From assembly GCF_037042905.1 (NCBI RefSeq), contig NC_087251.1, forward strand, positions 48,362,001 to 48,426,000: a stretch of DNA of 64,000 nt, read 5' to 3'. Origin of the DNA: Lytechinus pictus. Its lineage: Eukaryota. Position numbers and translations under genes: made by a program. Under the pieces are notes generated by a model. That model saw only the letters and a program-made list of their open reading frames with translations. It made no database searches and was not told where the DNA came from. Of the stretch, positions 1-14,176 are shown one piece after another; the stretch's first letter is position 1, and each line of letters starts with the position of its first letter.

Positions 1-665
1 TATACAAAAGAAAGGAGTGACGATATGAGTGTTTTGTTATGAATAAAACTTTAGTGTGCAATATATTTTAGATCTGGAAATTACAGAGGCACAAAGTTTG
101 ACAGCGCTCAGTCGAGAAACCTCCACACCAAACACCGTGGGGTATAGCCGGTTCATACGTTTTACTTCGATGTTAAATTTACAGTGTTACTTCACCACAC
201 ATGGATATTATTACAACCTTTTGTTGTTTAACACTTTATGTTGTCACGTTTAACATCTATGGTGTAAGTTTTAACACCCGATTGTGTTTACAGTGTAGGC
301 CATCATGTTGAGATCGCCGATATCATTGCGTTCTTTACTGAAAATTGCTTTGACTTATAATTTGTGGTCATTTTCAAGAAGAAAAAAACCCATTTTGTTG
401 TCAATATTGTTTTATCACTTTGATGCTATGTATAGGTTATGACTAAGTAAGTGCATAGGCCTGACATACGCGCTCGTTGCTTTCTATTAAAACCTTGCCT
501 TATTTATTTCATCTGATTCATTATCAATATTTATCACTATTCAGTTTTATATGTGTTGAATTCTCTTATAATTATTTTTGCAACTCACGTTTCTCGAATA
601 AGAATTTATTGTTTTCAGACTTTTCACACGTATTGTCTTGTAATCTGCTGGTAGTAGTTGTATAG

Positions 666-1950
666 TTTTTGTCTCGCCTGCGTAGCGGAGCGAGACATAG
701 GTATCACTATTTCCGGCGTCGGCGTCGTCAACAATTGTGTTGTACACCCAATAACTTTCTATAGCTTCGAGGTGGGATCACCAAATTCATACCAGAGGTC
801 CATCTCCTGAAGGCACAGGTCAAGTTCGAATACGAGTCGAATTTAAATAAGGTCAAAGGTCAATGAACTTTCCATGACTGGCACTGTGCTGTGTTGTACA
901 CACAATAACTTTCTATAGCTTCGAGTTGGGATCGCCAAATTCATACGAGAGGTCCATCTCCTGAAGGCACAGGTCAAGTTCGAATATTAGTCGAATGTGA
1001 ATAAGGTCAAAGGTCAATGAACTTTCCATGACTGGCACTGTGCTGTGCTGTACACACAATAACTTTCTATATCTTCGAGGTAGGATTGCCAAATTCATAC
1101 AAGAGGTCCATCTTTTGAAGGTGCAGGTCAAGTTCGAATGTGAGTTGAATTCGATTAAGGTCAAAGGTCAATGAACTTTCCATGACTGGCACTGTGCTGT
1201 GCTGTACACACAATAACTTTCTATATATTCGAGGTAGGATTGCCAAATTCATACAAGAGGTCCATATTTTGAAGGTGCAGGTCAAGTTCGAATGTGAGTT
1301 GAATTTTATTAAGGTCAAAGGTCAATGAACTTTCCATGACTGGCACTGTGCTGTGCTGTACACACAATAACTTTCTGTATATTCGAGGTAGGATTGCCAA
1401 ATTCATACAAGAGGTCCATATTTTGAAGGTGCAGGTCAAGTTCGAATGTGAGTTGAATTTTATTAAGGTCAAAGGTCAATGAACTTTCCATGACTGGCAC
1501 TGTGCTGTGTTGTACACATAATAACTTTTTATAGCTTCGAGGTGGGATCGCCAAACTCGTAACGGAGGTCCATCTCTTGAAGGTGCAGGTCAGGTTCGAA
1601 TGTGAGTTGAATTTGATTAAGGTCAAAGGTCAATGAACTTTCACACTACTTTGTTCCTCTAGTGACATAAACTTTATAATTTTATACTTTTTAACACTAA
1701 CATTTTACTTCAGAACTCAGTACTCTCTATACCTGAACCAGATTTTGTATTTTACTTGTTTATTCTTTAAAAACTGTTATTTATTTAATGAGCTATAGTT
1801 TTTGGCACCATTTATAATATTCACACACATTTGCCAATGGTACAATAGAAAAGCTGTCAAAGTTTCTTAAATGTTACCCTTCAGATTTGACATGCAGTCT
1901 CTTCATGACTGCAATATGCAGGCGAGACAACGCTTGGCGTTTGCCTTGTT
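666..1950 (+). mobile_element. Helentron/HINE (DINE-1-like) non-autonomous element, family A, with ~6 x 154-bp tandem repeats
   Basis: T-run start; subterminal inverted repeats TGTCTCGCCTGC...GCAGGCGAGACA; 5' hairpin; (GGCGTC)n microsatellite; central 154-bp array; 3' stem-loop AACGCTTGGCGTT; ends in TT. Confidence 0.75.
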
Positions 1951-2915
1951 AATTATATATGTGTAGTGCATTTGAATATTCTTTGAATCCTCACACACTG
2001 TATTGCATCAGTCAACTTTGCATTTGCCATTTTTTAAATCCTGTCGATGTTATAGAGTACTTTTCTTTGCAATTTATTTTGATATCGTTGATGTAATGTT
2101 GCTTTTTTCTGACACATTGTACCATAACGGTGACTGACATTGTAAATAATCGGATCCTGTAGATCATGATTAGTATAAAATGTGAATAATAATCTACTTT
2201 TTAATATAAGAAAAGGTTTTAAAAAAGTACATGAAATTAAGAGTTTTGTCGGTAAAGAACCGCTTCTTGGTATAAGATGAATCCCTGTGTAGCATTTTAA
2301 GTTGAAAATAATATACCGTAGAGTTAAAAATATAAACAAATAGACAATGATCGGTAGAATCATCTTGATTTTTATAATATTATGTTAGGTATTTTTTTTA
2401 TCAATCATCAGTTCACTTTGTCCACAGGGTTTATTCATTTATTTTGTTTATTCAATTGGTTTATTTTCTTAAACGAAATGTCAAGTGACTTTGAGCGCTT
2501 TCATAAGCTGAATGGTGCTTTTTCTATGGAGGAAATTGTGTGTCACGATAAATTTGTCTTGTATTGAATAATTGGTAAATCACACTGACAGGGGAGGTAA
2601 CAGTCATGATTATTCATTGATAAATGTTGTTGGGTATTGAATTTATTCGATTTATTTGTGCGTTCATTTTGCTTTTTTGGTTTGATATCATGTCAATATT
2701 ATTGCTCAAAACTGTCAGTACATACAGATATATAATAAAAATTCATGCAATCATGCTGTAAAATCCATTATATATTTTTTAATTTGTACATCTGCTTAAA
2801 CATATTAGAATTGTGTAAATATTACGAACTTATATGGTATAGTGCAAAAAAGGATAAAGGGAGATGAGTAGACTCGGGTCTAAGTGGGGGGGGGGGGGGG
2901 ATGGGGGGCTAAGGT

Positions 2916-3100
2916 TAGTCTGCTATGCAAACCCTTCACTCGAGTTAAGGGTCTGAATGTGCACCCTATACTCATGCCTTGTGTACTGAAGGCCCTCTCG
3001 CTCAATTGAAACAGCAAGTTTTGCATGTGCTTGTCTTTGCGTGGACTTACACTACGTCTTGCTGATCAAAGATTCAATCAGGGTCTGTGCCTGCAGACTA
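2916..3100. mobile_element. Small MITE, TAGTCTGC...GCAGACTA, 9-bp TSD
   Basis: TSD GGCTAAGGT on both sides; a related copy lies at 59755-59910. Confidence 0.7.
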
Positions 3101-3445
3101 GGCTAAGGTGGGCATAATGCCCCTCCACAGCTCTCAAATTACGATTCGGCGGGACAGACTACATGCTAAATTTGTTCTGGTCGCCCATCAAGATACAGAG
3201 AAAGGAGAGGGAGAGAGGAGATGTGTCTAGGCCTATGTGTGGGAGGGAAGGGGTTAATGTACTATAAAAATCAGTTGAATTACGAAGACTTCATTTTGAC
3301 TTTAATTAAATATTGTACTAAACATAACAGCATTTGAAAAGAATAATTATTGAACACTAAAAAATAAAAAACCGGGTCTGTTAATGCCTCATTCCGTTTC
3401 CGGTCAAAAAGGGTCCCGAAATAAGATCACATATGACGCATTTAA

Positions 3446-4046
3446 AGGACAAGTCCACCCCAACAAAAAGTTGATTTGAATAAAAAGAGAAAAATCCAAC
3501 GAGCATAACACTGTAAATTTCATCAAAATAGGATGTAAAATAAGAAAGTTATGACATTTTAAAGATTCGCTTAATTTCACAAAACAGTTCTATGCACATC
3601 CTGGTCGGTATGCAAATGAGGGGACTGATGACATCACTCACTCACTATTTCCTTTGTATTTCATTATATGAAATATGATTTATTCCAATATTCTCATTGT
3701 TCTTGAAACAAAGTTTCATTCTTCGCTGAACACATAGAATTATCATCGCCTTAACATTTTGTGGTTCAGTCAAGTTGGTCCTTATTGTCAAATCTGTAAA
3801 AATTGAAATATTCTATATTTCAAACAATAAAAAAACAAAAGAAATACTGAGTGAGTGACATCATCTACTCTCTCATTTGCATGTCATTGAGTTGTGCATA
3901 TAACTGTTTTGTGAAAAATAAGCGAAACTTTAAAATGTCATAACTTCCTTATTTTACATCCGATTTTGATGAAATTTTCAGCATTATGCTAGTTTGATTT
4001 TTCTCTATCTATTAAAATCAACATTTTTCCGAGGTGGACTTGACCT
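3446..4046. mobile_element. TTAA-flanked ~600-bp MITE (Kolobok-like)
   Basis: TTAA|AGGACAAGTCCACC...GGTGGACTTGACCT|TTAA with long imperfect inverted arms; four copies in the window. Confidence 0.8.
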
Positions 4047-5255
4047 TTAAGTTGAGACCTAATTCGGTAACAACAAAATAGTTTACCCTTCTACTTGATT
4101 TGTATTTTTGTGAGGCTGAATTAAATGTCGTGGTGATTTTCTGATGGGCTAGAGACAACATATCATATTATCGATTAACCAAAATGACACGTGTTTCAGC
4201 AAGCATGTAAATACAAATACCCCCCTCTTATTTCTATTAATGATACAAAAAAATATTACATATTTTCATTAAGCCCTAAGAAAGAATGAAAAATCATACT
4301 GCGGGAATCCAACTGTGATGGTATCAGAAAGTCACAACCACGATTTGTACTGTATCTGGGTTGATAAATGATTACAGAAAAAAAACGCATTTCACATCAT
4401 ATCTGTTCCTGAAGAATAAAGCTATCGGCGAGGATTGAATACTTCATTCTCATGGTTTATATAAAGTTTCCTACACCGTAGTATAATTGCAAGAGAGTAT
4501 TAAGTAGGACTTTTTATTAGGGGCGGTTCCATGGTTTCCTGATAAGGAGGGGGGGGGGTGTAACAGGTATGATTTAGTGTGTACACTATTCATACCTTAC
4601 ATTTTCATATTATAATTCTTCTTTCTCTTTTTCTTTCTTTCTTTCTTATTTTCTTTTTTTCTTTCTCATTTATTTATTTTCTTTCTTTCCTTCTTTCTTT
4701 TGTGTTTGTTTGTTTGTTTCTTTCTTTTCCCCTTTCTTCCCCTTATTTTTCCTTTCTTTTCACTCCACTTGGGGCGGTCACACCCTGCCCCCCATAGCAC
4801 TCCTCCCCGCTTAGGAGCGTCATTGATGACGAACATTTGCTCTCATATCAGTTGCTTTCAAGTCATCCATTTTCTGATCCTAATGCACCATTAAAATGCA
4901 AACCACTCGGATTTAACTGTTTTTGTTTCATCTCCGACGATGCATCTCCAAGTTTTACATTAAAACATGTGGACAATAGATAATCCTCGGGCTAATGTGT
5001 ATTATACTTTAGGCCTCCTACTAGCTCTTTTGCTTTCAAGAAGGCGCATAAAAAAGGAGAAAAAATATTTATGTGTTTAAACAACTCGTAATAAAAGTGG
5101 TAATATTTCTTCTTTTTAAAGATGAAACATATAAGCCTAGCCATCTTGCCGCGTGGGTTTCGGATTGAGTCTTGAACAGATACTTATCTCCGATGAATTA
5201 TAAAAAAATAATAAGAAACATGCATCCTTGAAAATAATGAAGGTATATGTTATCT

Positions 5256-5385
5256 CAGGGGCCGCGGAAGCGGGGGGGGGGGGGGCGGGGCTGGGGGGGG
5301 GGGCTTATGATTGTGATTTTTTGCATGGTCAGCCCCCCACTTTTGGCTCAGCCCCCCCACTTTGAAAACCGTTCCGCGGCCCCTG
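5256..5385. mobile_element. GC-rich mini MITE
   Basis: TIR CAGGGGCCGCGGAA / TTCCGCGGCCCCTG, flanked by TATCT on both sides. Confidence 0.65.
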
Positions 5386-6624
5386 TATCTTGATACGTGT
5401 TGATTTCCTTTTTAAGCAATGATGCATTTTTTCTCTTTTGAACAATCAAGTAGAATAAAGAAATACATGTATACACTGCACGTAATTTAGAAGACATGCA
5501 TTATACATTTACCCTATTGTGTTAGAAAGAAATCACGGTGGGCGTGCGTTGGGTGTGGGTGAAAATGAGTGTGCACGTGCGTTGGAGATTTAAAAAAAAA
5601 AGATGGGAAGAAAGAGAGACGGGGTGCGAACGTTTTTAGACTGGAGTTTCCAACAGACAAGAAATTCATTTAAGCATCTGTCCTTTTGAGCTTTTTCTAA
5701 ATACGCATAATTTCAAATAAAGATGTTCTTGACAAGAGAGCTTACTCGAAGCTTACCATACATATCAACAAGAAATGTAGGCAATCTGCATTAAGTACAA
5801 AGCCTGGTGCCTCTGATGTTCGACGTTCGGAGCCGCCCGTTCATGGGGAACACTGAGAAATATATTATTTTAAAGAAAAGTATTACTATGAATATGATAC
5901 TCACGTGGGTCTTTGAAAAAAAAAAAATGAAAGCAACAGTTTACCCATTTGAGACTGAATGCTTTTCCTATAAATCATGTTTTCCATAGACTCCAACCGA
6001 CCAGCCCAAATATATGAGGGCTCAGTCTCCAAAAAGATTAAAACAAGGTGTGTCGAAAATAGATTCACACTGTGTTAAGGATTTTCAGAAATTCAGGATT
6101 GTGAGGTCATATGCAAGTAGCTCCCCATATATCAAATGAATTCCATGAAACGCCATTTCATTAAATAGACAATGGAAACAATTTGGCATATAAATATCAT
6201 ATAGGCCTATTATCAGACACATTATTTATTTTACGATTCCATGACATTATGTGGCAGCTGCTCGCACGTGACGTCACAAAATAAACTTTGCAAAATCCTT
6301 ACACCTGGGGGGCGTTTCATGAAAGGACTTGTCGGACGTTTTATCCGACAAGTCCCATTTTATCCGACAGTTACCATAGTAACAGTACCTCTCAGCCAAT
6401 CAACATCAGAGAAAGATGTCAGATCTGACAACTTGTCGGATGAAAATGTTGATGAAACACTCCCCAGGTTCTTTAGTGGATTTCCAACAAACTGGTTTTC
6501 ATTATTGTTGTTTTGCTGGGTGAGCGAAAGTTTGTGTTGGAAACGAAATATAATGGTAAGATTCAAATTATTATTTTACTGCAAATGAAAGGTGAATTTC
6601 CAGATTCGGATTGGCGAGTCCGTC

Positions 6625-6954
6625 ATTCTTTGTTATTCAAATTTAGTTCGGCTTTGAGCCAGTTTTCGCGGTGACACGTCAGGCACCATATTTTGAAGGT
6701 GTTGGATTGGGACGCCTGTCAGTGTATGCTGCTTAGTGTGAAGGATTACCGAGGTTTTTTTACCTGACTGCTAAGAAAGCACGAATGCCTGTGAGCAAGC
6801 AACCAGCGGACCAACGGCTTAAGGTCCTCTCCGAGGGACCTGGTAATGAGGATAAATGCCTTACCAAAGGGCACTAGCGCACCACTTGGGAATCGAACCC
6901 GGGTCACCGGAATCCGAAACCCCCGCTCTACCGACTGAGCTATCGCGCCTCCCC
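6625..6954 (-). mobile_element. tRNA-derived SINE
   Basis: A box TAGCTCAGTCGG and B box GGTTCGATTCC, followed by a non-tRNA body; 3' boundary approximate. Confidence 0.7.
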
Positions 6955-8059
6955 TTATTGAGCCATCAACTTCACAAATTTAGTTAACAAGTCCCACTGG
7001 AAAAGAGTAAGTGTCAAAGACTACGATTTTACCTTTCCATATTAATAATGTTAAAGTATACTGAAATGAGGTTTATCATATGGATCTGCCCGTTCTAGCA
7101 ACAAAAGTATGGCGTGTCTGACTATTTCGGGTTGGTTTCGGGTAGTGAGTTATGGTATCGGTTATTCGAAAATAATTCTTATTCCATGAAGTTGAAATAA
7201 ATCCTAATAGATTTAATGTTGTATGAACAGCCGGATTAGATGAAAATACAGTGCTATTGTTCGTCTGACAAAAAAAATAATACTGGCAGGTCAATAAAAA
7301 AAGTTGCACTTAATTTAAGAAAGTATTCTGCTTGTTAGTTTTATACGTCATTATGAACAAATCTAATTTTGGCAGTTAGCTGGTTAATTTGCAGAATTGT
7401 TTTGTATTATTATTTATTTATCGCTATTGCAGATTGATATGATTGTATGGCACAAAGTGTCTGGTTATTATTCAAGAAGATTACACAAATTAAAGCAAAT
7501 TTATGATCAGGCATACGAAAAAGTAAAAAAAAAATTTTGTGGTGACTAAACCAAACAAATACTCTTTTATTATTATTTTACTTAAACGATAATCACACTC
7601 AAAACTTTTATTGGAAAAAAGTATTGATTAGTATTTAGTAGAAGAAAATATGTGCTATGATTTAGCGTATAAAATTCCAGAAAACTACATTCCAAACTTT
7701 TTTTTGTTTAAATGAGTAAACCTACTTAAATGAAAACGACAACAAAATGACAAGAAAGACTACATGATTACATGCCAAGTAAACTAAACTGTTAATCGTT
7801 CATGCATGCATAACTGAACAATATAAATACACACTACTAAATACATAAACACATAAATGTTGTTCATTGATTACTTCATGTCGATACTGCGAGATGTAGC
7901 TGTTTCACTTGTCAATTATCCAACCGCGTTTTGCAAATTTTCTGCTTCTCTTAAAATCTACTTTGTGTCAGGGTGAACCTCCTTCTAATTAAGCAAACAA
8001 CTGCTTACAAATTCATATTTCCCTTATAGAATGACTTTCATGCAATAACCGTTTTTGTC

Positions 8060-8985
8060 CATCATCATAATCATCATCATCATCATCACAAACATGTAAT
8101 ACAAAAATTACCATCATCCTCATTGTCGTCACCACCATCATCAGCACCATCACCTCATATATATCATAATCATGAAAATTATCATCATTTGACAATTATC
8201 GTCATCATCAACTCCATCACCTCATCATCATCATAATAATGAAAATTATCATATGATTATAACGATCATCGTCATCATAATCATCAACACCACCACTTCC
8301 TCCTTCTCATCATGAAAATTATTATGTTGACAATGATAACTGTCATTGTCATCTTCATCATCACCATCATCGTCATCATCAGCATCATCATCACCATCTT
8401 CATCATAATCACCATCTTCATCATCATCATCATCATCTTCTTCATCATCATCATCATCATCTTCATCATCATCATCATCACTATCTTCATCATCATCATA
8501 TTCGTCATCATCATCATCATCTTCATGATCATCATGATCATCACCATCTTCATCATCATCACCACCACCACCATCATCACCACCATCAACACTAGTCTGC
8601 AATCACAGACCCATATTTGACACTTAGAACCAATAACAGGTCTAGAGTTAAGACTATGCCAAAGGCTCTGTGTCAAATAGAGCCAGCCACAGTACCTAGC
8701 GAATCTAGTCTCACTACTTCAGTCTCTGCATTATGCACTATGCGAAGTGCAAAAACCAAGGGTCTTTGCCTGCAGACTACATCAACACCATCATCACACC
8801 ATATTTTCTACCATCACCACCACCACGATCATAATCATCACCACAACCACTACCAACACCACCACCATCTTCACTATCTTTAATTTTTACCACCACAACC
8901 ATCATCCTCATCATCATGACCATGACTACTACTATCACCACCATCACCACAATCACCAATAACACTAACATCATTAACATCTTAC
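8060..8985. repeat. Degenerate (CAT/CAC)n trinucleotide tract interrupted by a MITE
   Basis: Direct reading; generates poly-D/M/I/H pseudo-ORFs in several frames. Confidence 0.9.
8593..8779. mobile_element. Small MITE, TAGTCTGC...GCAGACTA, 9-bp TSD
   Basis: TSD CATCAACAC on both sides. Confidence 0.7.
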
Positions 8986-9948
8986 TCCTAATCATTGAAA
9001 ACTTTCTCCTGTATATAGCAGCAAATTAAAAAATACTCAAAGTAAATGAATATTCAAGTATACACATCTATGCCTTTACCTCCAATGTATCACCATCTAT
9101 CTTTGAAAGGAACAGAAACCATGCAATGTTTATGTTTTCAAATATTTTAATTAAGTACACAAAAACAGCTGTTACAAATATTGCACCATTCAATAACACT
9201 CATTTTCAATAAATAACTGCAATATTACAAAAAACCCAAAGAGGGCATACAAAATCACAATTTTCGATTTCACATTTGCACCTTAGCACTGATTATAACT
9301 ATGTAAGTAGATACGCAAGATGTCAATTTTTTTAAATGTGATTTCTCAAAATATGAGAAGAGATAGTCGTCGACATCGAATCGTCTTGAGAGACGATAAT
9401 GTATATAGCACTAGGCAAGGCTCTATACACTAGCTTTTTTTCTTGGTGGCCTGCAATGCAAATTTGGTGGCCCTAAAATATAACATATTCCAATTTATGA
9501 AAACTTTGGTAGCCCAACCGGGTCAAGCCCTGCACTAGGTATCACACTTTCTAGAGTCACTAAAATTAAGATAATCCGGCTTATATCAATTGTTAGACTT
9601 TCAAAGAAGTAAAGAAAATATACAAGAGTTACATCATTTACATCAGAATTGTAAATGAACTAAAATCCAATATTTTTTTTGTATAGGTTGTAATGGGATG
9701 TGTGTATGTGTGTGTGTGTGTGTGGGTGTGTGTGTGTGGGGGGGGGGGAATAAGGGTGTGACATGTTGCCCTGCCTGCACAGATAATGCTGGCTATTTAG
9801 GAGCCATAAGACAAACTGCTTTACATCCTCTCCAAAGGAAAATTCTAATACTCCACCAGTCACTGGCACATTGTATTCCTTTCAATCCAAGAGGGCTGGC
9901 TCATGGGGTCATTGTTGTATCAAATGAGCTATCACATCTAGTTATATA

Positions 9949-10683
9949 TAAACCGCTCAAAAAAGTTTGGAAATCTGAGTTTGGCCATTAATTTCTTCCA
10001 ACTCCCAATTTTACACAATGCATATTTGATATCATTCAAAAGATCATTTAATTCTCTTTAAAATGATACCATGCTTGTTATGATCATGCCATCACGAAAA
10101 GAGCAGGATTCAAAAGTGTTGGATGAGGTCTGAATTGAAAAGCTGCAAAACGAGCAGAAATAGTCATGAAGGGTCAATACAGAACATGATTCTTTGTCTG
10201 TGTCAATAGAGATGAAAGTCCATTCAAATCAAGCCACTGCTTCTTCATTTTTTATGTTTTGTTGTGGTTTATGGAGTGATGGTTCTGTGAGATAACATGG
10301 TTCGAGTCGTGGATTGAAATACCCATGCATGTTTGTTTGTTTGTTATGTGTTTGCTTGTGCAGAGATGTGTTTGATTCCATGTTAATGTTGATGTTAAGG
10401 TGCATGAAAACAATTAAAAAAACCGCTGAGAAACTCACTCATCACCACGGAAAAAAGAACAGCGACTTTCAATGTGTCATTTTGCAACTTGTGAATTTTG
10501 ACCTTGCCCTTCATTTCAAGGCACTGCATTTCCATGTGAACCATAATCATATCATGTAGGGTATCATTTTAAAGATAATTAAATGATCTATTCATTGGTA
10601 TTTACTACATACTGATATTTACTAAAACTGAGGAGGGATTATCAATCAAAATCAGATTTCCAAACTTTTTTTTGAGGAATTTA
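9949..10683. mobile_element. TA-flanked MITE
   Basis: Inverted termini CTCAAAAAAGTTTGGAAATCTGA / TCAGATTTCCAAACTTTTTTTGAG inside a (TA)n run; ends approximate. Confidence 0.6.
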
Positions 10684-13600
10684 TATATATGTTCACCATT
10701 ATGTAGCAATTTGTATGTAGTAGTTTTGGATGTAGCAATCTTTATTGCCAAATGAATCAAAGTTTTGACATCAAATGATTTTGCAACTGGACTAAACTAG
10801 CTCTTTTTATCTAGTTCACATAGGAATGTGGAAACATGTTGCTTAAACCAAATGCATTCTGAAAATATACATAAAATCAGTGCCTATGAGGTGAGCAAAA
10901 TAATTAAACACATCAGTATTTGCTATGAAATAAACTACAGTAGATATACACAACCAATGTTGCATAAAGTCAAATAAAATTGAGATGTTAATGAGTAAAC
11001 ATTTTTAATAAAGTTAAAAGTGTCAAAATGTGTGCTTAACAGTACAATGTATATTGATTGCATTTACTGATTAAATTGATTTATCCATTGAAAACTCATC
11101 CAAAAACATCCAAAAACAGTGTTTTCAGTTAGCCTGTGAACAATCATAGAAATGAAACATACTTTAAAAATAATTTCCTGTTTGAGAGGAATACAGGATT
11201 TGTAAGTTTGTATACATACTTTCATTTCACTACATGTTAATATCATCATTTACAATGGGTCTATTTGAAAAAAAAGACCATTGCAACATATAATAAATAC
11301 ATATGGAAAGTATTTGTTGACTGATTCCCTTCGATGTCATATATTTCAGTGCTGTATAATGAATATTCTTACTATTCTTTCAGTTTGGCAATAAAACAGA
11401 TTTATAGTGCCCTGATTTCAAAAATACAATTTACATGTAACTCTTTCAAGTATTCAAAACAATAAAATTCAAAAATTGACACAAAAGCAGAAATCAGACA
11501 AGATTCCAAAATTTCAAAGAATTACAGTACAATCAAAATACATTACACATAAAAAAGATGATTTGCTTGAAAATAAAGATATATCATCATAATTGCACAT
11601 AGTATACCATGATTACCATTGTAGTAGAATTGCAAATAGTATTGACTATATAGAGGACCAAAGTGATGATGTCATGGTCTTACGGGACTGTCACACCTAG
11701 ATGTGTTTCACAATTAGTTGAGCGTGAACTAGAGGGTTTTGCAAGAAATAAATTGCAATCAATTTAGAAGCTCAGATTCAAATTGACAATTAATAGGTCA
11801 ATTTCAACCAAAGCAGATCAGTTTACATTCCTTGATGCAAGGAGACCATCAATCAATTGCAAAGCTCAGATGCAAATTTACAAGTGATAGATTACTTCCA
11901 ACTAAAGCAAATCAATTTAAATTTGTTGATGTAAGGAGCAGACCTTCAATCAGTTGCAAATTTGCAATGAAATGCATGACTTTCAATCGATTTTAGGACC
12001 TGAAATTGACTTGAAATCAATTGCAAGTTCCTAGCAACACCCTATTAGAGTCATGCTTATTAAAACACCAATGTGCACATGGTATCCTAAGTGTAACATT
12101 TATTGAGGACTACACAGTAGGTTGCATCTTCTGCGCATGATCTGACTAAATGCGGTGATGCCTCGTACCATGCAAAACTGAAATTTTATGTGCCATTTTT
12201 AGTCAAACTTAAAAATATTTGTGAAACACCACACAGGGTGCCGTTTCATAAAAACCTATTATACTAACAAATGCAGAATTTTCATAGCAAGTTTCCAATC
12301 AGCCAATCAAATTGCATAATTTCAGTAGCTTTTAACTGTTATTGTTAATTTATTATTATGACAACTTTTAGAAAACAGGCCCCGGGTTTGACAGCCCCCA
12401 AGCAAGAAATCCCTGTGCAAGGCATTAATCAGCAAGTTGGAATTAGGAACTTGCATTATTAGCACCTCCTGTCATCACAGACATTTGAGACTGAAAACAT
12501 TCAGAAGCAGTTGCCATGGCAATGAATGACTGCAATATCACACTTCAGTACTTTAAGTCAGTTTCAAACGGAATATGAAAAGCATATAACAACCTACATG
12601 CCTATATGCACAGAACACTTTAAGTTATATTCACTCGTTGCACAAGAAAAAAATCTTACTTAAAACGAAACCATTAATGTGTGCACACATATTTTTTTAA
12701 TGCCAGCATTAAACGATCCAAACAGAGCTGTCTAAAACCAAAATCAACACAGCCTAATGATAATCAATACCTAATAATGCGTGGCCAGCTAGCTTTCATC
12801 TTGTACGCATGTAAGATGAAAAGATGAAAACTATTTCAAAACGTAGATAATTAAGGACTCTCAGGCAATAACAAAGAAAAAAGATCATTCTGAATAGAAA
12901 ATCAAGGATTTTACGTCAAGATAAATAGCTCAGAGCAGTGTATACAAAAACATCGAAATATCACATATGAATACTGGAAATTATAATTTCTAACTACTGC
13001 ATAGTTTGGTGTTACTCTAGTCGTACAATCATGAAAAACAACACACTTTATAGAACACTTCCCACATCAGCAAAATCAGAGGAAAAAATTCCAGTCAACA
13101 CTAATCATTTCTGATTAAAACACCAATTGTTAATCAATGACATAACAATACTACTTGAAACAAGGTACCAGCAACATTTAAACTTGCAACAGAATAACTT
13201 GGCTTTGCTACTAAAGGCATTAAATATTGCATACTGATTTGCAATCGCTTCCACATAGCAGAATATAAAAAGCTTCATCCCTATATTCATCTCACCCTAA
13301 GAATAAGAGAGAGAGAGAGAGAGAGAGGGGGGGGATATGAGTTGTTCACAGACATTAGCATTGCACAAACTGAGTCAATTACATTGTAAAGTAGTGAATC
13401 AATACACAAGAAATGAAAAAGACATTGAATGAGATCAAATAATTTAATATATGTTCATGAGTCACACCAATGAAACCAACTCTAAATCGACTGATACTAT
13501 ATTATTGGAAATAACATAGCTTTAATCGGTCTGGGGATCTTAGGATAGGGATCAGACATTTTGTGTTAGGCAATGGGTTAGCAGGATTATACCCTTGCCA

Positions 13601-13988
13601 CCAAATGAAAATGAAAATCCATATTTCATTGTTCAAAATAGAAATCTGAAATTGAAATACTCCATGATCGTGGGCCCTGCAACACCTCCTATCCATCCAC
13701 AAGAATCAGATTTATTTTCCCAATCTCGCTGTTCACCACGGCCATAGTGGATAAACATCTCTGTGCAAACCAGAGCAATCACTATCAGTCAAAAATTTAC
13801 CCACATTGTGCTGCTCTTAACCCAGGTGTGGTAAATAGGTACCCAGCCGGATTAATTCCTTGAATGCACCGAGTGCTGAAAATGAAAGCTCGAGCTAAAG
13901 CCGGGTAAGAATAATAGTGCGCCTTGGAATATACATGTATCATATCTTGATAGATGCCTATTATCATAATCAATTTTGATGATGATCA

Positions 13989-14176
13989 TCAGTCGTTGAC
14001 CTGGTGGTCATTCCAGGTAACCGGCTGGCAGCGGATGTTGTAGTACGGGGAGCAGATCTGCTGGTATAGTGGCACACGATGAAAGATACCGATGTTGGCA
14101 AAGACCAGCTCAGAGCTGTAGTACGTGAAGAAGGGGCCCTCGCAACAAGAGCACTGTCGGACATTCCGCAGCATTT
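13989..14176 (-). CDS. LRR gene coding exon 9 (terminal)
   Basis: TTGTAG acceptor; MLRNVRQCSCCEGPFFTYYSSELVFANIGIFHRVPLYQQICSPYYNIRCQPVTWNDHQVND*. Confidence 0.85.

Noticed and set aside
913..1626. Repeated 83-aa ORFs (also at 22420-23148 and 48222-48757)
   Set aside because: Translations of the 154-bp satellite; the period is not a multiple of 3, starts are non-ATG, and there is no protein-like content.
2034..2363. 109-aa minus-strand ORF, possibly a decayed LINE fragment
   Set aside because: Only faint resemblance to LINE ORF2 motifs; too degraded to support a call.
6880..6954. tRNA-like sequences (also near 15984, 17720, 26440, 33230, 35590)
   Set aside because: A and B boxes are present, but they run into SINE bodies and tails without a proper acceptor stem or terminator, so they were called SINE heads rather than tRNA genes.
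8013..8995. Poly-Asp, poly-Met, poly-Ile and poly-His ORFs
   Set aside because: Artefacts of a (CAT)n microsatellite that is open in several frames on both strands.
9100..13988. Long 3' UTR of the LRR gene
   Set aside because: Composition is compatible, but there are several candidate poly(A) signals and the end cannot be fixed without transcript data.
13970..14164. Alternative-frame ORF MSDSALVARAPSS...
   Set aside because: Out of phase with the upstream exon; the other frame gives the conserved Cys-rich tail.
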